Virus record (IMG/VR): IMGVR_UViG_3300028833_000148
Span: 1 to 64,000 of that record
DNA from: an uncultured virus (IMG/VR IMGVR_UViG_3300028833_000148)
Lineage: Duplodnaviria > Heunggongvirae > Uroviricota > Caudoviricetes
Strand: one strand, 5' to 3'
Length of the DNA: 64,000 nucleotides
Shown: piece after piece, positions 1 to 8,760 of the stretch
How positions within the stretch are numbered: position 1 is the stretch's first letter
How the letters are laid out: each line of letters opens with the position of its first letter
Translations under genes and position numbers: made by a program
Notes under the pieces: generated by a model
Told to the model about the DNA's origin: nothing
Database searches by the model: none
Seen by the model: the letters and a program-made list of their open reading frames with translations, nothing else

Positions 1-21
1 TATGTTGTAGTTTTTAATGAT

Positions 22-384
22 ATGAAAGACGCTGATGGTCTCACCTATCATCTTGAAGTCGAATACCATAAGGACGAGGATAAGATTACATATACAAGGG
101 TATATAGTTTTGACATCGTTGAGGCTTACCAGTTTGTTTCTCCGTACTTTAGAAAGCAGATTGAGGAATATGTGTTGCAGCAAGTAGGGGTGTTGCGAAA
201 GGGAAGTTTCGTCACAGAGGAACCAGTTAGTATATGGCTGAAACTTGATGTTCCCCAAGACACATCTGTAGGAGGGTTGCGTGAGTTCCTTAATTCATTG
301 AAGTTTGAAGTGGTGCATACAAAGACACCGAGAGAAGAGAAGATTAGGGTCATATCCATTGAAACTGCAACAAGACGAGTATAA
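22..384 (+). CDS. hypothetical early protein
   Basis: 120-aa ORF in the + strand early gene run; followed by a GC-rich hairpin at about 404-441. Confidence 0.6.
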   Translation: MKDADGLTYHLEVEYHKDEDKITYTRVYSFDIVEAYQFVSPYFRKQIEEYVLQQVGVLRKGSFVTEEPVSIWLKLDVPQDTSVGGLREFLNSLKFEVVHTKTPREEKIRVISIETATRRV

Positions 385-457
385 TCAATTAAAATATTAA
401 CATGGGGCGAGTACAAAATAATGTTTGAGTACCGCTCCCCCAAATTGGAATAAAACT

Positions 458-730
458 ATGGCAAAGGAATTAGAGAAGATGCGTGAAATTCGCATTCAGC
501 AGAAGAACATTCGTGTTTCACTACAGAAGCGTGAAGAGCGTAACAAGCAGTTGCGTGAGCAGATTACACCCATCTGGGCTGACCCTTGCAAGGAGTATGA
601 TGTATTTATGCTCAACAAGGAACTTATCAAGGGTCGTGAAAAGGTGCGTGGCTATCAGAAGACACTGCGTGAGTTCAAGGTTAATCTGCGAGAGACCAAT
701 CGGTCTTATGACCTTAATGCAAAGGGTTAA
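458..730 (+). CDS. hypothetical basic coiled-coil protein
   Basis: ATG at 458 in A-rich context (taaaactATG); K/R/E-rich helical sequence. Confidence 0.6.
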   Translation: MAKELEKMREIRIQQKNIRVSLQKREERNKQLREQITPIWADPCKEYDVFMLNKELIKGREKVRGYQKTLREFKVNLRETNRSYDLNAKG

Positions 731-757
731 ATGTTAAATATTGTAAAAAACTGGAAG

Positions 758-806
758 AAATTGGGTTAATCATTTGGTTAATCCAATTTTTTTTCGTACC
801 TTTGCA
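758..806 (+). promoter_or_regulatory. Bacteroidota sigma-A-type promoter embedded in a terminator-like hairpin
   Basis: TTTG at 773-776 and TACCTTTG at 797-804 match the -33/-7 (TTTG / TAnnTTTG) consensus; inverted repeat AAATTGGGTTAATC/GGTTAATCCAATTT followed by a T-run. Confidence 0.85.
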
Positions 807-845
807 TCAACAAAAGAAATAACAATTAAAAGGAGATAAAGATAT

Positions 846-1034
846 ATGGACGAAAAACTTTCATGGCTACTCGAAAGCCACTACAATTTATTCCATGCCG
901 ACATGATTCAGAGGGCATTGGGCGATGATACAATTTCTCTCAAAGACTTTATCGCTGGGTGTGTTGCAATACACATGAGTGAGAAAGATACAGAAAACGA
1001 CGAATTTACACCAAACGAATTTAAAAACGTATAG
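846..1034 (+). CDS. hypothetical early protein
   Basis: ORF directly downstream of promoter. Confidence 0.6.
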   Translation: MDEKLSWLLESHYNLFHADMIQRALGDDTISLKDFIAGCVAIHMSEKDTENDEFTPNEFKNV

Positions 1035-1037
1035 ATT

Positions 1038-1322
1038 ATGGGAAATGTATTTGCGTTGACCGTTCATGAGTGTTGGGATTGGAATGACTCAACCGACACG
1101 CTGATAGACATCTTCTTTAACTTGGAGGATGCGAAGAAAGCGATGAAAAAATATTTCAAGAAAGCAACCGAGAAGATTGATTTGGACGAGGTGGCGAAAA
1201 ACGGACAGAAAGTTTATACTTTAAAAAAAGACACAGACCGCTGCATAGAGTTGGTGAACGAGCATGATGGATGGTCTTGCGAACACATCTGTCTGCTTAT
1301 AGTAGAGAAAAACATAAAGTAA
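1038..1322 (+). CDS. hypothetical early protein
   Basis: ORF tightly coupled to the previous gene. Confidence 0.65.
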   Translation: MGNVFALTVHECWDWNDSTDTLIDIFFNLEDAKKAMKKYFKKATEKIDLDEVAKNGQKVYTLKKDTDRCIELVNEHDGWSCEHICLLIVEKNIK

Positions 1323-1333
1323 ACAATAAGAAT

Positions 1334-1561
1334 ATGGTTAAGATTTCAATGTTTAAAAGAGACGATGGCGCATTGCTTGTCATTTGGAAAACACCAAAGG
1401 GAAACCTTGTGGGAGAGGTTTTCAATAATGGTGTCGAGAAGCGTGGAAAGTGGGATAAAAGAGCCACATTCTATGCGAAAGGCAACGATGCGACGCAGCA
1501 CCGAGTTCGTGAACATTTTAGCTTCCTTGGTGCAGAAGCATATTGGAGACGTTGGGCATGA
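1334..1561 (+). CDS. hypothetical early protein
   Basis: ATG at 1334 (aagaatATG); ATGA overlap with next gene. Confidence 0.6.
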   Translation: MVKISMFKRDDGALLVIWKTPKGNLVGEVFNNGVEKRGKWDKRATFYAKGNDATQHRVREHFSFLGAEAYWRRWA

Positions 1562-1815
1562 AAGATAAAATAACCGCAGAAGCATTAAAACAAAGTTTTA
1601 GGGAATATGCCAAAAAGCATTTGGATAACACTCTAAGGCTTACTATTGAAAATGCAAGAGATTATAAACATCTTGATGTTGATGCTTGCATTGATGATTT
1701 CTTGGAAACAATTTCAAAGGTTGCGCTTGTAAAAACACCTACTAATAAGTTGTTTAGGTCATTCTATGTACTCTATTCAGAGAAGTTTAGGTATGAACGT
1801 TTTTTAACAAAATAG
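1558..1815 (+). CDS. hypothetical early protein
   Basis: ATGA overlap with upstream ORF. Confidence 0.6.
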   Translation: MKDKITAEALKQSFREYAKKHLDNTLRLTIENARDYKHLDVDACIDDFLETISKVALVKTPTNKLFRSFYVLYSEKFRYERFLTK

Positions 1816-1818
1816 ATT

Positions 1819-2142
1819 ATGGAAGCGTGGAAACAGATTACCTTTGCGCCCAAGTATGAGGTATCAAATATGGGTAGAATTAGGAACATTAGGACTAAAA
1901 AAGTTCTTAAACCGAGAGCACCGAGATTGTGTCATAACCAGTTGACTATATTCCTATGCTGCGGAATATGGGGTAAGGAACAACACACCATTTCACAGAT
2001 TGTTTACAACCATTGGTGTCTCAAAAAGGGAGAAAAACCCACTTATTATGGATATAATGGGTTTAAGGTCAAAGGCAACAGAATTGGTCACTATGATGGA
2101 GATAACACCAATAACAGAATGGAAAATCTTTATAGATACTAA
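1819..2142 (+). CDS. NUMOD4-motif / HNH-like endonuclease
   Basis: N-terminal EAWKQI..APKYEVSNMGRIRN (NUMOD4) and C-terminal GHYDGDNTNNRMENL (HNH-type). Confidence 0.75.
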   Translation: MEAWKQITFAPKYEVSNMGRIRNIRTKKVLKPRAPRLCHNQLTIFLCCGIWGKEQHTISQIVYNHWCLKKGEKPTYYGYNGFKVKGNRIGHYDGDNTNNRMENLYRY

Positions 2143-2270
2143 ATAATATATTATGGTAGTAGCGTATTTTTTTGCAGAGCCATTGATTGATTACACAAAG
2201 TTAATCGAGCACCAATCGAAAGTAAAATCAATTGATATGTTTGCAAGAGCGATTAAAAAACATTAATGAT

Positions 2271-2322
2271 AAAAAAGTTGGGTTGATATTTGGTCAATCC
2301 AATTTTTTTTCGTACCTTTGCA
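2271..2322 (+). promoter_or_regulatory. sigma-A-type promoter/terminator hairpin
   Basis: TTTG 2289-2292, TACCTTTG 2313-2320, hairpin AAGTTGGGTTGA/TCAATCCAATTT plus T-run. Confidence 0.85.
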
Positions 2323-2347
2323 TTGTAAAACAAAAAGAGATAAAAAT

Positions 2348-2554
2348 ATGGCAAAATTAACGAGAGTAGGAACAAAAGGTCTTGAACTGACGAGAGAAGA
2401 GGTGATAGACCTTGCGCACAACGTACAAGGCATTATCCGTAAAGCGCAGTGCCGTGAAGTGAATTGTGAGATTCTTTGTAGGCTTGATAAGGTATCAAGT
2501 GAACTTAGTGGAATTGACGCTGATATTACAGACATTTTAGACAGAAATGAATAA
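2348..2554 (+). CDS. hypothetical early protein
   Basis: ATG at 2348 downstream of promoter. Confidence 0.6.
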   Translation: MAKLTRVGTKGLELTREEVIDLAHNVQGIIRKAQCREVNCEILCRLDKVSSELSGIDADITDILDRNE

Positions 2555-2873
2555 GGCAGAAAAAAACATCAGAATGACAGAAGTTCTCTGTTCGATTGCG
2601 GTGATTGCATTTGGCGAGTATAACGGCACTGCATTTGAGATAACTCCTAAGTTGCCATCCATTTTCACCAATGGTCTTGACATTGATGGCATAGGATATA
2701 ATGTGGAGTTTTTAAAGATAGAGACAAGCGACAAGGGTCTTGTATGTTGGTTTATAGACGAAGAGGATGATACATTCTTTGTCACCTTGCATAGCCTATT
2801 GGAGAGCAATCCTCTTCTATATTCTGCAATCGTCTCTCACATATTCACGTTGATTGAGTATATAGAATTGTAA
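2547..2873 (+). CDS. hypothetical early protein
   Basis: ORF overlapping the previous stop. Confidence 0.6.
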   Translation: MNKAEKNIRMTEVLCSIAVIAFGEYNGTAFEITPKLPSIFTNGLDIDGIGYNVEFLKIETSDKGLVCWFIDEEDDTFFVTLHSLLESNPLLYSAIVSHIFTLIEYIEL

Positions 2874-2969
2874 TATAATGATTGAATTGATATTATTGTG
2901 CTATCTATTTCTTTTAGTACTGTTTTGGAGAGATTAATTTCTAAAAAATTGTTAAAATGCGCAAGTTTG

Positions 2970-3003
2970 TTTGGTAGTTTCAGATTTTTTTCATATCTTT
3001 GCA
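2970..3003 (+). promoter_or_regulatory. sigma-A-type promoter driving a non-coding RNA operon
   Basis: TTTGG 2970-2974 and TATCTTTG 2994-3001; no credible ORF downstream before 3578. Confidence 0.8.
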
Positions 3004-3137
3004 TTGTCTTTGAAACGATAGACATTGAGACATTAGGTAAGGTTCAGAGGTTGAAACAAAACCTAAAACTTATAGCGATAAGTGCCTTACTTATAAGATA
3101 TAGGGTTGCGGTGGACAACTCATTAAAAACCACCTTT

Positions 3138-3251
3138 TGGAAGATACCAGAGGAGAACTATCCGCAAGGGTAGATGTAGACAAATGGGCATTAAGTTCGT
3201 GCTTAATGTGTCACTTCGGTGGCTTCGAAAGTGCAAATCTTTCTCTTCCAA
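3138..3251 (+). ncRNA. class-II tRNA-like RNA with expanded D-arm and non-canonical anticodon arm
   Basis: acceptor TGGAAGA/TCTTCCA, U8A9, D-stem CCA/TGG enclosing a CTATCC-GCAA-GGGTAG hairpin, 7-bp stem with 6-nt loop TTCGTG, V-arm GTCAC-TTCG-GTGGC, T-arm GAAAG-TGCAAAT-CTTTC. Confidence 0.6.
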
Positions 3252-3254
3252 CTA

Positions 3255-3334
3255 TGATAGGTAATCGCAGTAATGTCTTGTGCGGAGCACCCATCTAAGG
3301 TGCAAAGTGAGTGGTTCGATTCCATGCCTATCAA
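3255..3334 (+). ncRNA. tRNA-like RNA copy 1 (loop CATCTAA, nominal Arg-TCT, A33)
   Basis: acceptor (T)GATAGGT/GCCTATC(A), D-stem TCGC/GCGG, anticodon stem GCACC/GGTGC, T-loop TTCGATT with a 4-bp stem. Confidence 0.65.
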
Positions 3335-3336
3335 AT

Positions 3337-3415
3337 TGGTAAGTAATCGCAGTAATGACTTGTGCGGAGCACCCTCTAAGGTGCAAAGTGAGTGGTTCGA
3401 TTCCATGCTTACCAA
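3337..3415 (+). ncRNA. tRNA-like RNA copy 2 (6-nt loop CTCTAA)
   Basis: near-identical tandem duplicate of copy 1, with compensatory acceptor-stem changes (GGTAAGT/GCTTACC). Confidence 0.65.
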
Positions 3416-3449
3416 CTACTGCTTTTAATTGTTAGTGATTTGTTGACGA

Positions 3450-3494
3450 GGGGTGCTAGCCTAGAAGATGTGGCTAGTGCCCCAGAGGTTTTTT
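3450..3494 (+). terminator. intrinsic terminator-like hairpin closing the ncRNA operon
   Basis: GGGGTGCTAGCC/GGCTAGTGCCCC stem followed shortly by a T-run. Confidence 0.55.
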
Positions 3495-3513
3495 GTTAAA
3501 ATTCGTTAATAAA

Positions 3514-3547
3514 TTTGGTTAACTCGTTTTTTTTTCGTACCTTTGCA
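3514..3547 (+). promoter_or_regulatory. sigma-A-type promoter
   Basis: TTTGG 3514-3518, TACCTTTG 3538-3545. Confidence 0.85.
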
Positions 3548-3577
3548 ATATCAAATAATAATTAAAAATAGAATAGC

Positions 3578-3952
3578 ATGGTTGAGATTTACAATAGTGA
3601 GTTATTGGAAGAAGCAGGTTTGGTTGCCATCTGTGATGATAATAGTGTTACTATCCACACCCTTGCTGAATTGACTAATGGTTTTAAAGAGGGCGATATT
3701 ATTGTCAAGAAAGAGGAACATCTTAATGTTCTTAGCGCAGAGTGTATTATGTGCCGCTATTGTGGCTTCAATGGCGAAGCGTTGGAGACTGATGCGTTTT
3801 ATATCAGACGTAAAAATGGAGAAGTTGAAAAATATAAACGTCCTTATCCTATGACTGGTTTGGGTTATACTAAAGAGTATCGTTTGGCAACAGAAGAAGA
3901 AAAAGAGTTTTTCAATAAAGAAATTGAAAAAGCCAGTTATGTTGAATGGTAA
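3578..3952 (+). CDS. hypothetical protein (C-terminal RLATEEEK motif)
   Basis: ORF after promoter; C-terminal YRLATEEEKEFF resembles ORFs at 12132 and 12490. Confidence 0.65.
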   Translation: MVEIYNSELLEEAGLVAICDDNSVTIHTLAELTNGFKEGDIIVKKEEHLNVLSAECIMCRYCGFNGEALETDAFYIRRKNGEVEKYKRPYPMTGLGYTKEYRLATEEEKEFFNKEIEKASYVEW

Positions 3953-3977
3953 ACATGATTAATGGCTTAAATAAGGC

Positions 3978-4307
3978 ATGAACATCACGAAAGAAACAAC
4001 AGATTGGGGTATAGTTTACTATTACAAGAATGATTGCTGTAGATTTGCTCTATATGCTTATAATGATGATAAGAATACTATGTATCTATCAAATGTAAAT
4101 GTAGAACAATCAGCAAGAGGTCGTGGACTTGGTAATAAAATACTTGAACTTGCTGATAAAGAAGCCAAGAAGTACAATTATTCTGTAATCTGTCTGAAGG
4201 TGATAACATCATCTTGGGTACACGATTGGTATGCTAATCACGGATATAGTGATTTCTGTAACGATGGTGAAGATAGTGATTACATATGGATGAAACATAC
4301 TTTATAA
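3978..4307 (+). CDS. GNAT-family acetyltransferase
   Basis: acetyl-CoA binding motif VNVEQSARGRGLG and C-terminal WYANHGY. Confidence 0.8.
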   Translation: MNITKETTDWGIVYYYKNDCCRFALYAYNDDKNTMYLSNVNVEQSARGRGLGNKILELADKEAKKYNYSVICLKVITSSWVHDWYANHGYSDFCNDGEDSDYIWMKHTL

Positions 4308-4326
4308 CGAATAAATTAAAAAGATT

Positions 4327-4506
4327 ATGAACGCATTAGAAAGTTTAATTGCAGTATTGTCCACACCAGTGGCAAAAAGACAAGGTGTTACAATATCAGC
4401 AGACGATTGCAAGATATGGGTTGAAGAACTGAAAAAATACGAAGAACACGTGAGAAAAGAATTAAAAGAGTATTATAATAATTTGGCAAAAAATAAGTTG
4501 GGATAG
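4327..4506 (+). CDS. small hypothetical protein (59 aa, not in ORF track)
   Basis: aagattATG start, open to TAG at 4504-4506 (MNALESLIAVLSTPVAKR...). Confidence 0.5.
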   Translation: MNALESLIAVLSTPVAKRQGVTISADDCKIWVEELKKYEEHVRKELKEYYNNLAKNKLG

Positions 4507-4542
4507 CATTTGGTTATTCCAATTTTTTTTCGTACCTTTGCA
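4495..4542 (+). promoter_or_regulatory. sigma-A-type promoter/terminator hairpin
   Basis: TTTG 4509-4512, TACCTTTG 4533-4540, hairpin plus T-run. Confidence 0.85.
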
Positions 4543-4574
4543 TTAAGTTAAACCAATTAATAACAATTTAAATT

Positions 4575-4886
4575 ATGGCACGTATTAGTAAACACGAAAA
4601 ATTGCGTAGGAAAATCTCATCATTCTGTTCTGCATTATATGCGTCAGAGAAAACACCAATCAAGTGTGAACGAGAAAATTGCGCAATTCTCACCATTGGG
4701 CATGATGAGGCTATGGGGTTGAGTGAATTAGAACTCCCACAAATAACAAAAATCTTCCATGACAACGAAGCAATCGTATGGGTCAAAATATTAGGCGAAA
4801 ATGAGCCAAGAGAACTAGACGATTTAACAACGTCTGATTTAGAAGATATTGTGGAATGGTTTGAAGAAGAATTACATATATCATAA
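4575..4886 (+). CDS. hypothetical early protein
   Basis: single-gene cassette between two promoters. Confidence 0.65.
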   Translation: MARISKHEKLRRKISSFCSALYASEKTPIKCERENCAILTIGHDEAMGLSELELPQITKIFHDNEAIVWVKILGENEPRELDDLTTSDLEDIVEWFEEELHIS

Positions 4887-4890
4887 ATTC

Positions 4891-4942
4891 AAAAAAGTTG
4901 GGATTCCGTTTGGTAGTCTCACTTTTTTTTCGTACCTTTGCA
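4891..4942 (+). promoter_or_regulatory. sigma-A-type promoter/terminator hairpin
   Basis: TTTG 4909-4912, TACCTTTG 4933-4940. Confidence 0.85.
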
Positions 4943-4964
4943 TCGAAATTAAAATAGATTGATT

Positions 4965-5276
4965 ATGGCAAAAACAACAACAAAGGGTTTGTATCAAGAA
5001 CTCATTAAGCAGACACTCATTGATAATAATGTGAGAACAATGACATTCAAGGGTGATGGCAACTTTGCCAAGAAATACAGTCATGTGTATATTACAAAAG
5101 ATGCACACGACTATTCGATGTTGGTATTCCTCAATGACCTTGAAACACCATTAGGAAACTTCTATTTCGATTTCACATTGGACTATGCAAGGCTGATGGA
5201 TATGATTGAAACTGACTTATTCAATATCTCTCATGGAGTAGAAACACAATACTTTGAGTTCAGAATGTATTATTAA
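4965..5276 (+). CDS. hypothetical early protein
   Basis: gattATG start after promoter. Confidence 0.6.
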   Translation: MAKTTTKGLYQELIKQTLIDNNVRTMTFKGDGNFAKKYSHVYITKDAHDYSMLVFLNDLETPLGNFYFDFTLDYARLMDMIETDLFNISHGVETQYFEFRMYY

Positions 5277-5299
5277 TGGGCGATTAAAACAAATTGATT

Positions 5300-5548
5300 A
5301 TGCACAACGTTAATACGGAAAATAAAAATGTTCAAGTTGGTTATGAAAAAGGCAAGGTTAAATACTACCTTACAAAATCAACAGATGATTTGAAAATACC
5401 ATCACTTGGATTCGACACACAAGAAGAAGCAGAACTTGCTGTGGCAGTCGCAAAAACCCTTAAAGCATATGGGAAAGATATAAGTAATCTCCATAAGGAT
5501 ATGGTTTATGTGCTTCGTACACTTGGAATCAGAAATGGATGGACTTAA
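5300..5548 (+). CDS. hypothetical early protein
   Basis: gattATG start. Confidence 0.55.
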   Translation: MHNVNTENKNVQVGYEKGKVKYYLTKSTDDLKIPSLGFDTQEEAELAVAVAKTLKAYGKDISNLHKDMVYVLRTLGIRNGWT

Positions 5549-5556
5549 ATAAGTAC
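5541..5556. repeat. 16-bp palindrome ACTT-N4-AAGTAC (copy 1 of 5; others at 5748-5763, 9241-9256, 9724-9739, 9836-9851)
   Basis: GGACTTAAATAAGTAC; all copies lie at gene ends or in intergenic DNA. Confidence 0.7.
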
Positions 5557-5615
5557 AATAAGGGGTGCAAATCAATCCATCCCTTTTATTATGCACATAC
5601 AATTAAAAAGGTGGC

Positions 5616-5741
5616 TCAGAAAACCACCTTAATATTTTTCTTCTTAATAATCCTCTCCAATCTCTTCAATGTTCTATCCGCATTGGGTAAACGTTGCTTA
5701 CCATCGACTATGAAATCAGGTTGTATATCAATTATTCTCAT
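5616..5741 (-). CDS. small hypothetical protein (41 aa)
   Basis: MRIIDIQPDFIVDGKQRLPNADR...; continues the minus-strand operon. Confidence 0.4.
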   Translation of the reverse strand: MRIIDIQPDFIVDGKQRLPNADRTLKRLERIIKKKNIKVVF

Positions 5742-5768
5742 ATAATAAAACTTAATTAAGTACAAATA

Positions 5769-6047
5769 TCATTCATATCCTATATACTGCCACTTCCCAT
5801 TACACTTAATATAACGTTTGTCACGCTTTTCAATCCAATTATATGCTGAACGCAAGCACACATTGAATGTTAGCTTTTTGCTATTCCAATTGCCATCAAA
5901 ACCAACCATATATGATTTTCTTACAGATTTATCATAGATAAAGATGCAGAAATCACCCATATTGGTTGTATGATTACGGAATCTTATCTCTAAACCATTC
6001 TCTTTGGCAACGGCTTTTAACTTGTTAATCTCTGTCGTAATGTCCAT
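5769..6047 (-). CDS. hypothetical protein
   Basis: minus-strand operon from the promoter at about 6335-6366. Confidence 0.6.
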   Translation of the reverse strand: MDITTEINKLKAVAKENGLEIRFRNHTTNMGDFCIFIYDKSVRKSYMVGFDGNWNSKKLTFNVCLRSAYNWIEKRDKRYIKCNGKWQYIGYE

Positions 6048-6077
6048 AATTTCCTTTACTGAAAAAAAGTGGAGTTC

Positions 6078-6305
6078 TTAGCGAACTCCAGTCTGGTGTA
6101 TGTTTATTTTAATACAGATGCTTTCTGTGAAATCCTCTGCAATCCACTCCAACTTCCACTTTGGTGCTTTACCCTTGTAGGTTTCCATGAGGTCAGCGAG
6201 AAGCCACTCATAAACTTGCTTCTGTGTCTTCATACCTGCTTTCTTGCAGAAATCAGCGCACTCGTTGATGTATTTCTGAACTTTCTTGTCTTCCTTGTTA
6301 ATCAT
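6078..6305 (-). CDS. hypothetical protein
   Basis: first gene after the minus-strand promoter. Confidence 0.6.
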   Translation of the reverse strand: MINKEDKKVQKYINECADFCKKAGMKTQKQVYEWLLADLMETYKGKAPKWKLEWIAEDFTESICIKINIHQTGVR

Positions 6306-6332
6306 ATTGCTATAAATTTAATTGTTTCGTGG

Positions 6333-6476
6333 TGCAAATGTACGAAATTAAATTGATATAGCCAAATTTTTAATCTATTTTTTAATACTTTTTTATATTT
6401 GGCGATGCCAAATATTAATATATGTTAAATAACTCTGGATTTTTTGGTCAGTTCAAAGTTTTTTCGTACCTTTGCA
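6333..6476. promoter_or_regulatory. divergent pair of sigma-A-type promoters
   Basis: minus: TACATTTG (6335-6342) with TTTGG (6362-6366); plus: TTTGG 6443-6447 with TACCTTTG 6467-6474. Confidence 0.8.
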
Positions 6477-6498
6477 GAGTTAAACATTAATAATATAT

Positions 6499-8055
6499 AT
6501 GGCTTTAGCAAAATTACAACTTTCAAAATATCAGACAGACATCTTTGACGAGGTGGAAAATGGTATGGAAAACATTGCCATTAATGCCGTTGCTGGTAGC
6601 GGTAAAACCACAACTATCGTTATGGCTTGTAAGCGTCTGCATCTGCATGAGAGTGAAGTAAAGTTTCTTGCTTTCAACAAGTTAATCGCTGACGAGTTGA
6701 AAGAGAAATTAAAAGGGTATGCTGACGTTTCAACGCTTCATGCTTTTGGTTTTAGCATACTGAAAAGACTTTACAACTTTCCCCAATATCGTATGTATGT
6801 TAAGGTAGATAGTTGGAAGTATCAGAAGTATGTGAGACAGAACGTTTATTCTTTGTCAACGATTATTACCCCAGACACATCGGCTGCAAAGGTGTGGGGT
6901 TTCTGCTGCAACGTTCAGAAGTTGTTTGACCTTGCAAGGGTTAATCTCATTCAGCATGGAGAAATCAAGAAGTTAGAGAAGTTGTGTGATGAACACAATT
7001 TGGTAACTTTATTTGACGAAGTTAAGGTTTGCAATATCTTGTTGGAAGATGCATACGTCATGCCAAAAGACCTTGTAATTGATTACGTTGACATGATTGT
7101 GCTGCCTTTGTTCCACAAAAATGCAATACCAACATACAAATACGTTTTCATTGACGAGTGCCAAGACCTTAACACTGCCCAAAGAGAATTAATGCTTTGT
7201 GCTGCGAGAGGTGGACGTTTTGTTGCCGTTGGTGATAGAAATCAAGCCATTAATGGTTTCGCTGGTGCTGATTGCAATTCATTTGATAAGATTGCTAATT
7301 TAGAGAATACCATTGAACTGCCTTTGTCAGTAAACTATAGGTGTGGTAAGAACATGATTAAATTAGCGCAAGGACTTGTGCCACAAATACAAGCGCATAA
7401 GGGTGCTATTGATGGAGAAATCAATCATGTAAATAAACTTTCCTACAATCTGTTTAAGGAAAATGACATGGTTCTTTGCCGTACATCTTCCCCTTTGGTC
7501 GGTCTGTGTATGAAGTTAATTCAAAATGGTATTACTGCCGTTGTTAAGGGTAAGGACATAGCGCAAGACCTTAAAGTGCTGATAGAGAACGCAAATACAA
7601 AGAACATTCAGCAAGTTCTTGATTACCTTGAAAGCGAAAAGAAAAAACTGATTGCTACCATTAGAAGCGATAGAAAATGCACAGAAGCGGAAGCAAAGCA
7701 AGCACAGAAGTATCTCAACCTTGAAGATAGGTGCAAGTGTATTGAAAACATTTGTCTCTATAGCATTAAAGACGTTGCAGAACTTAAAACCTATATTGAT
7801 AGGCTATTCACGGACGAGAAAGTTGAAAACGCAGTCATGCTTTCAACTGCCCATAAGAGCAAAGGACTTGAAGCAAATAGGGTGCTTATTCTGCTTCCCA
7901 ACAAACTGCCATTGAAGTGGCCGCATCAGTTAAAATGGCAACTGCAACAAGAAATGAACTTGAAGTATGTTGCTTTAACGAGAGCACGTAAAGAACTGAT
8001 ATTTGTTGACATGGAAGAACAAGACTTGCTGAAAGCAAACATCGAGAAGTGTTAA
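6499..8055 (+). CDS. UvrD/Rep-like superfamily 1 helicase
   Basis: Walker A AVAGSGKT, DECQD, VGDRNQAINGFAGAD, NYRC, STAHKSKGLE, YVALTRA. Confidence 0.92.
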   Translation: MALAKLQLSKYQTDIFDEVENGMENIAINAVAGSGKTTTIVMACKRLHLHESEVKFLAFNKLIADELKEKLKGYADVSTLHAFGFSILKRLYNFPQYRMYVKVDSWKYQKYVRQNVYSLSTIITPDTSAAKVWGFCCNVQKLFDLARVNLIQHGEIKKLEKLCDEHNLVTLFDEVKVCNILLEDAYVMPKDLVIDYVDMIVLPLFHKNAIPTYKYVFIDECQDLNTAQRELMLCAARGGRFVAVGDRNQAINGFAGADCNSFDKIANLENTIELPLSVNYRCGKNMIKLAQGLVPQIQAHKGAIDGEINHVNKLSYNLFKENDMVLCRTSSPLVGLCMKLIQNGITAVVKGKDIAQDLKVLIENANTKNIQQVLDYLESEKKKLIATIRSDRKCTEAEAKQAQKYLNLEDRCKCIENICLYSIKDVAELKTYIDRLFTDEKVENAVMLSTAHKSKGLEANRVLILLPNKLPLKWPHQLKWQLQQEMNLKYVALTRARKELIFVDMEEQDLLKANIEKC

Positions 8056-8065
8056 ATAAGTGTTA

Positions 8066-8113
8066 AAAATCTGAATTGGTTTGGCTAATTCAGATTTTTT
8101 TCGTACCTTTGCA
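8066..8113 (+). promoter_or_regulatory. sigma-A-type promoter/terminator hairpin
   Basis: AAAAATCTGAATTGG/CTAATTCAGATTTTT hairpin, TTTGG 8080-8084, TACCTTTG 8104-8111. Confidence 0.85.
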
Positions 8114-8150
8114 TCACGAAACAAGTTAAACAATTAAATTCATAACAATT

Positions 8151-8417
8151 ATGGCAACAAAGAAAATTGAGAAAGTTCAGAATCGTCCTCTCTACGAGAT
8201 TGCACGTGACATCCGCAAGGACTGGGGTTCAAAGGTATATTTCGGTGCAAAGCCTTACCTCGATGCTATGGCATCACTTGACTCCATCAACGACAACTAT
8301 GGTTGGGATTCTGCCGACAGCATTGTGCGCTATTTCCTTGCCAACGCATCCACTTGGAGAGGTGAGACCGCCAAAACAATCAAGAAAGAACTGAAAGCAA
8401 TGGTAGGGCTGAAATAA
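8151..8417 (+). CDS. conserved-looking phage hypothetical protein
   Basis: RPLYEIARDIRKDW..VYFGAKPYLDAM..YFLANASTWRGE pattern; own promoter and downstream hairpin. Confidence 0.75.
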   Translation: MATKKIEKVQNRPLYEIARDIRKDWGSKVYFGAKPYLDAMASLDSINDNYGWDSADSIVRYFLANASTWRGETAKTIKKELKAMVGLK

Positions 8418-8496
8418 GCCTACCTTGCTCCTTGGAATAGGTTACATATTACTTTATTTAATTGAACGTTGTTGTGCTGACTGCTTGGGAAAGTGG

Positions 8497-8760
8497 TCAG
8501 CATATTTTTTTAATTTTTCCATAAGAAAACATATTATTGCTAACCCATTTTATTTCTTCATTGGTTAATTCTTTCCTATGATGTTTTTCTTCGACACCAT
8601 CATAAAAAACTTCTTGGGAAACTTTATTTTTATCATTCAAATAAAAACGTATGTTTTTGCCCTTATTACCACATACACAATGATAAATAATTATTGGATA
8701 AAAATCATTAGAATCCAATTCAAATAAAATCTCTCTAATCTCCTTTTTTAATTCTTTCAT
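8497..8760 (-). CDS. hypothetical protein
   Basis: minus-strand promoter TATATTTG at 8784-8791. Confidence 0.6.
   Translation of the reverse strand: MKELKKEIREILFELDSNDFYPIIIYHCVCGNKGKNIRFYLNDKNKVSQEVFYDGVEEKHHRKELTNEEIKWVSNNMFSYGKIKKIC

Noticed and set aside
3034..3093. Hammerhead ribozyme
   Set aside because: The three-way topology is similar, but the CUGANGA and GAAA core is absent and the would-be cleavage base is G.
3337..3415. Amber suppressor tRNA (CTA in loop)
   Set aside because: The loop is 6 nt with a perfect 5-bp stem, the T-stem is 4 bp and the D-loop GG is missing. Suppressing the TAG at 21305-21307 would not restore the reading frame either.
3255..3415. CRISPR array
   Set aside because: Only two ~80-nt near-identical units with no unique spacers; they fold as cloverleaves; no cas genes seen.
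2898..3415. ORFs 2898-3173 (+) and 3203-3415 (-)
   Set aside because: They overlap the promoter and the structured RNAs; compensatory base changes favour RNA-level function.
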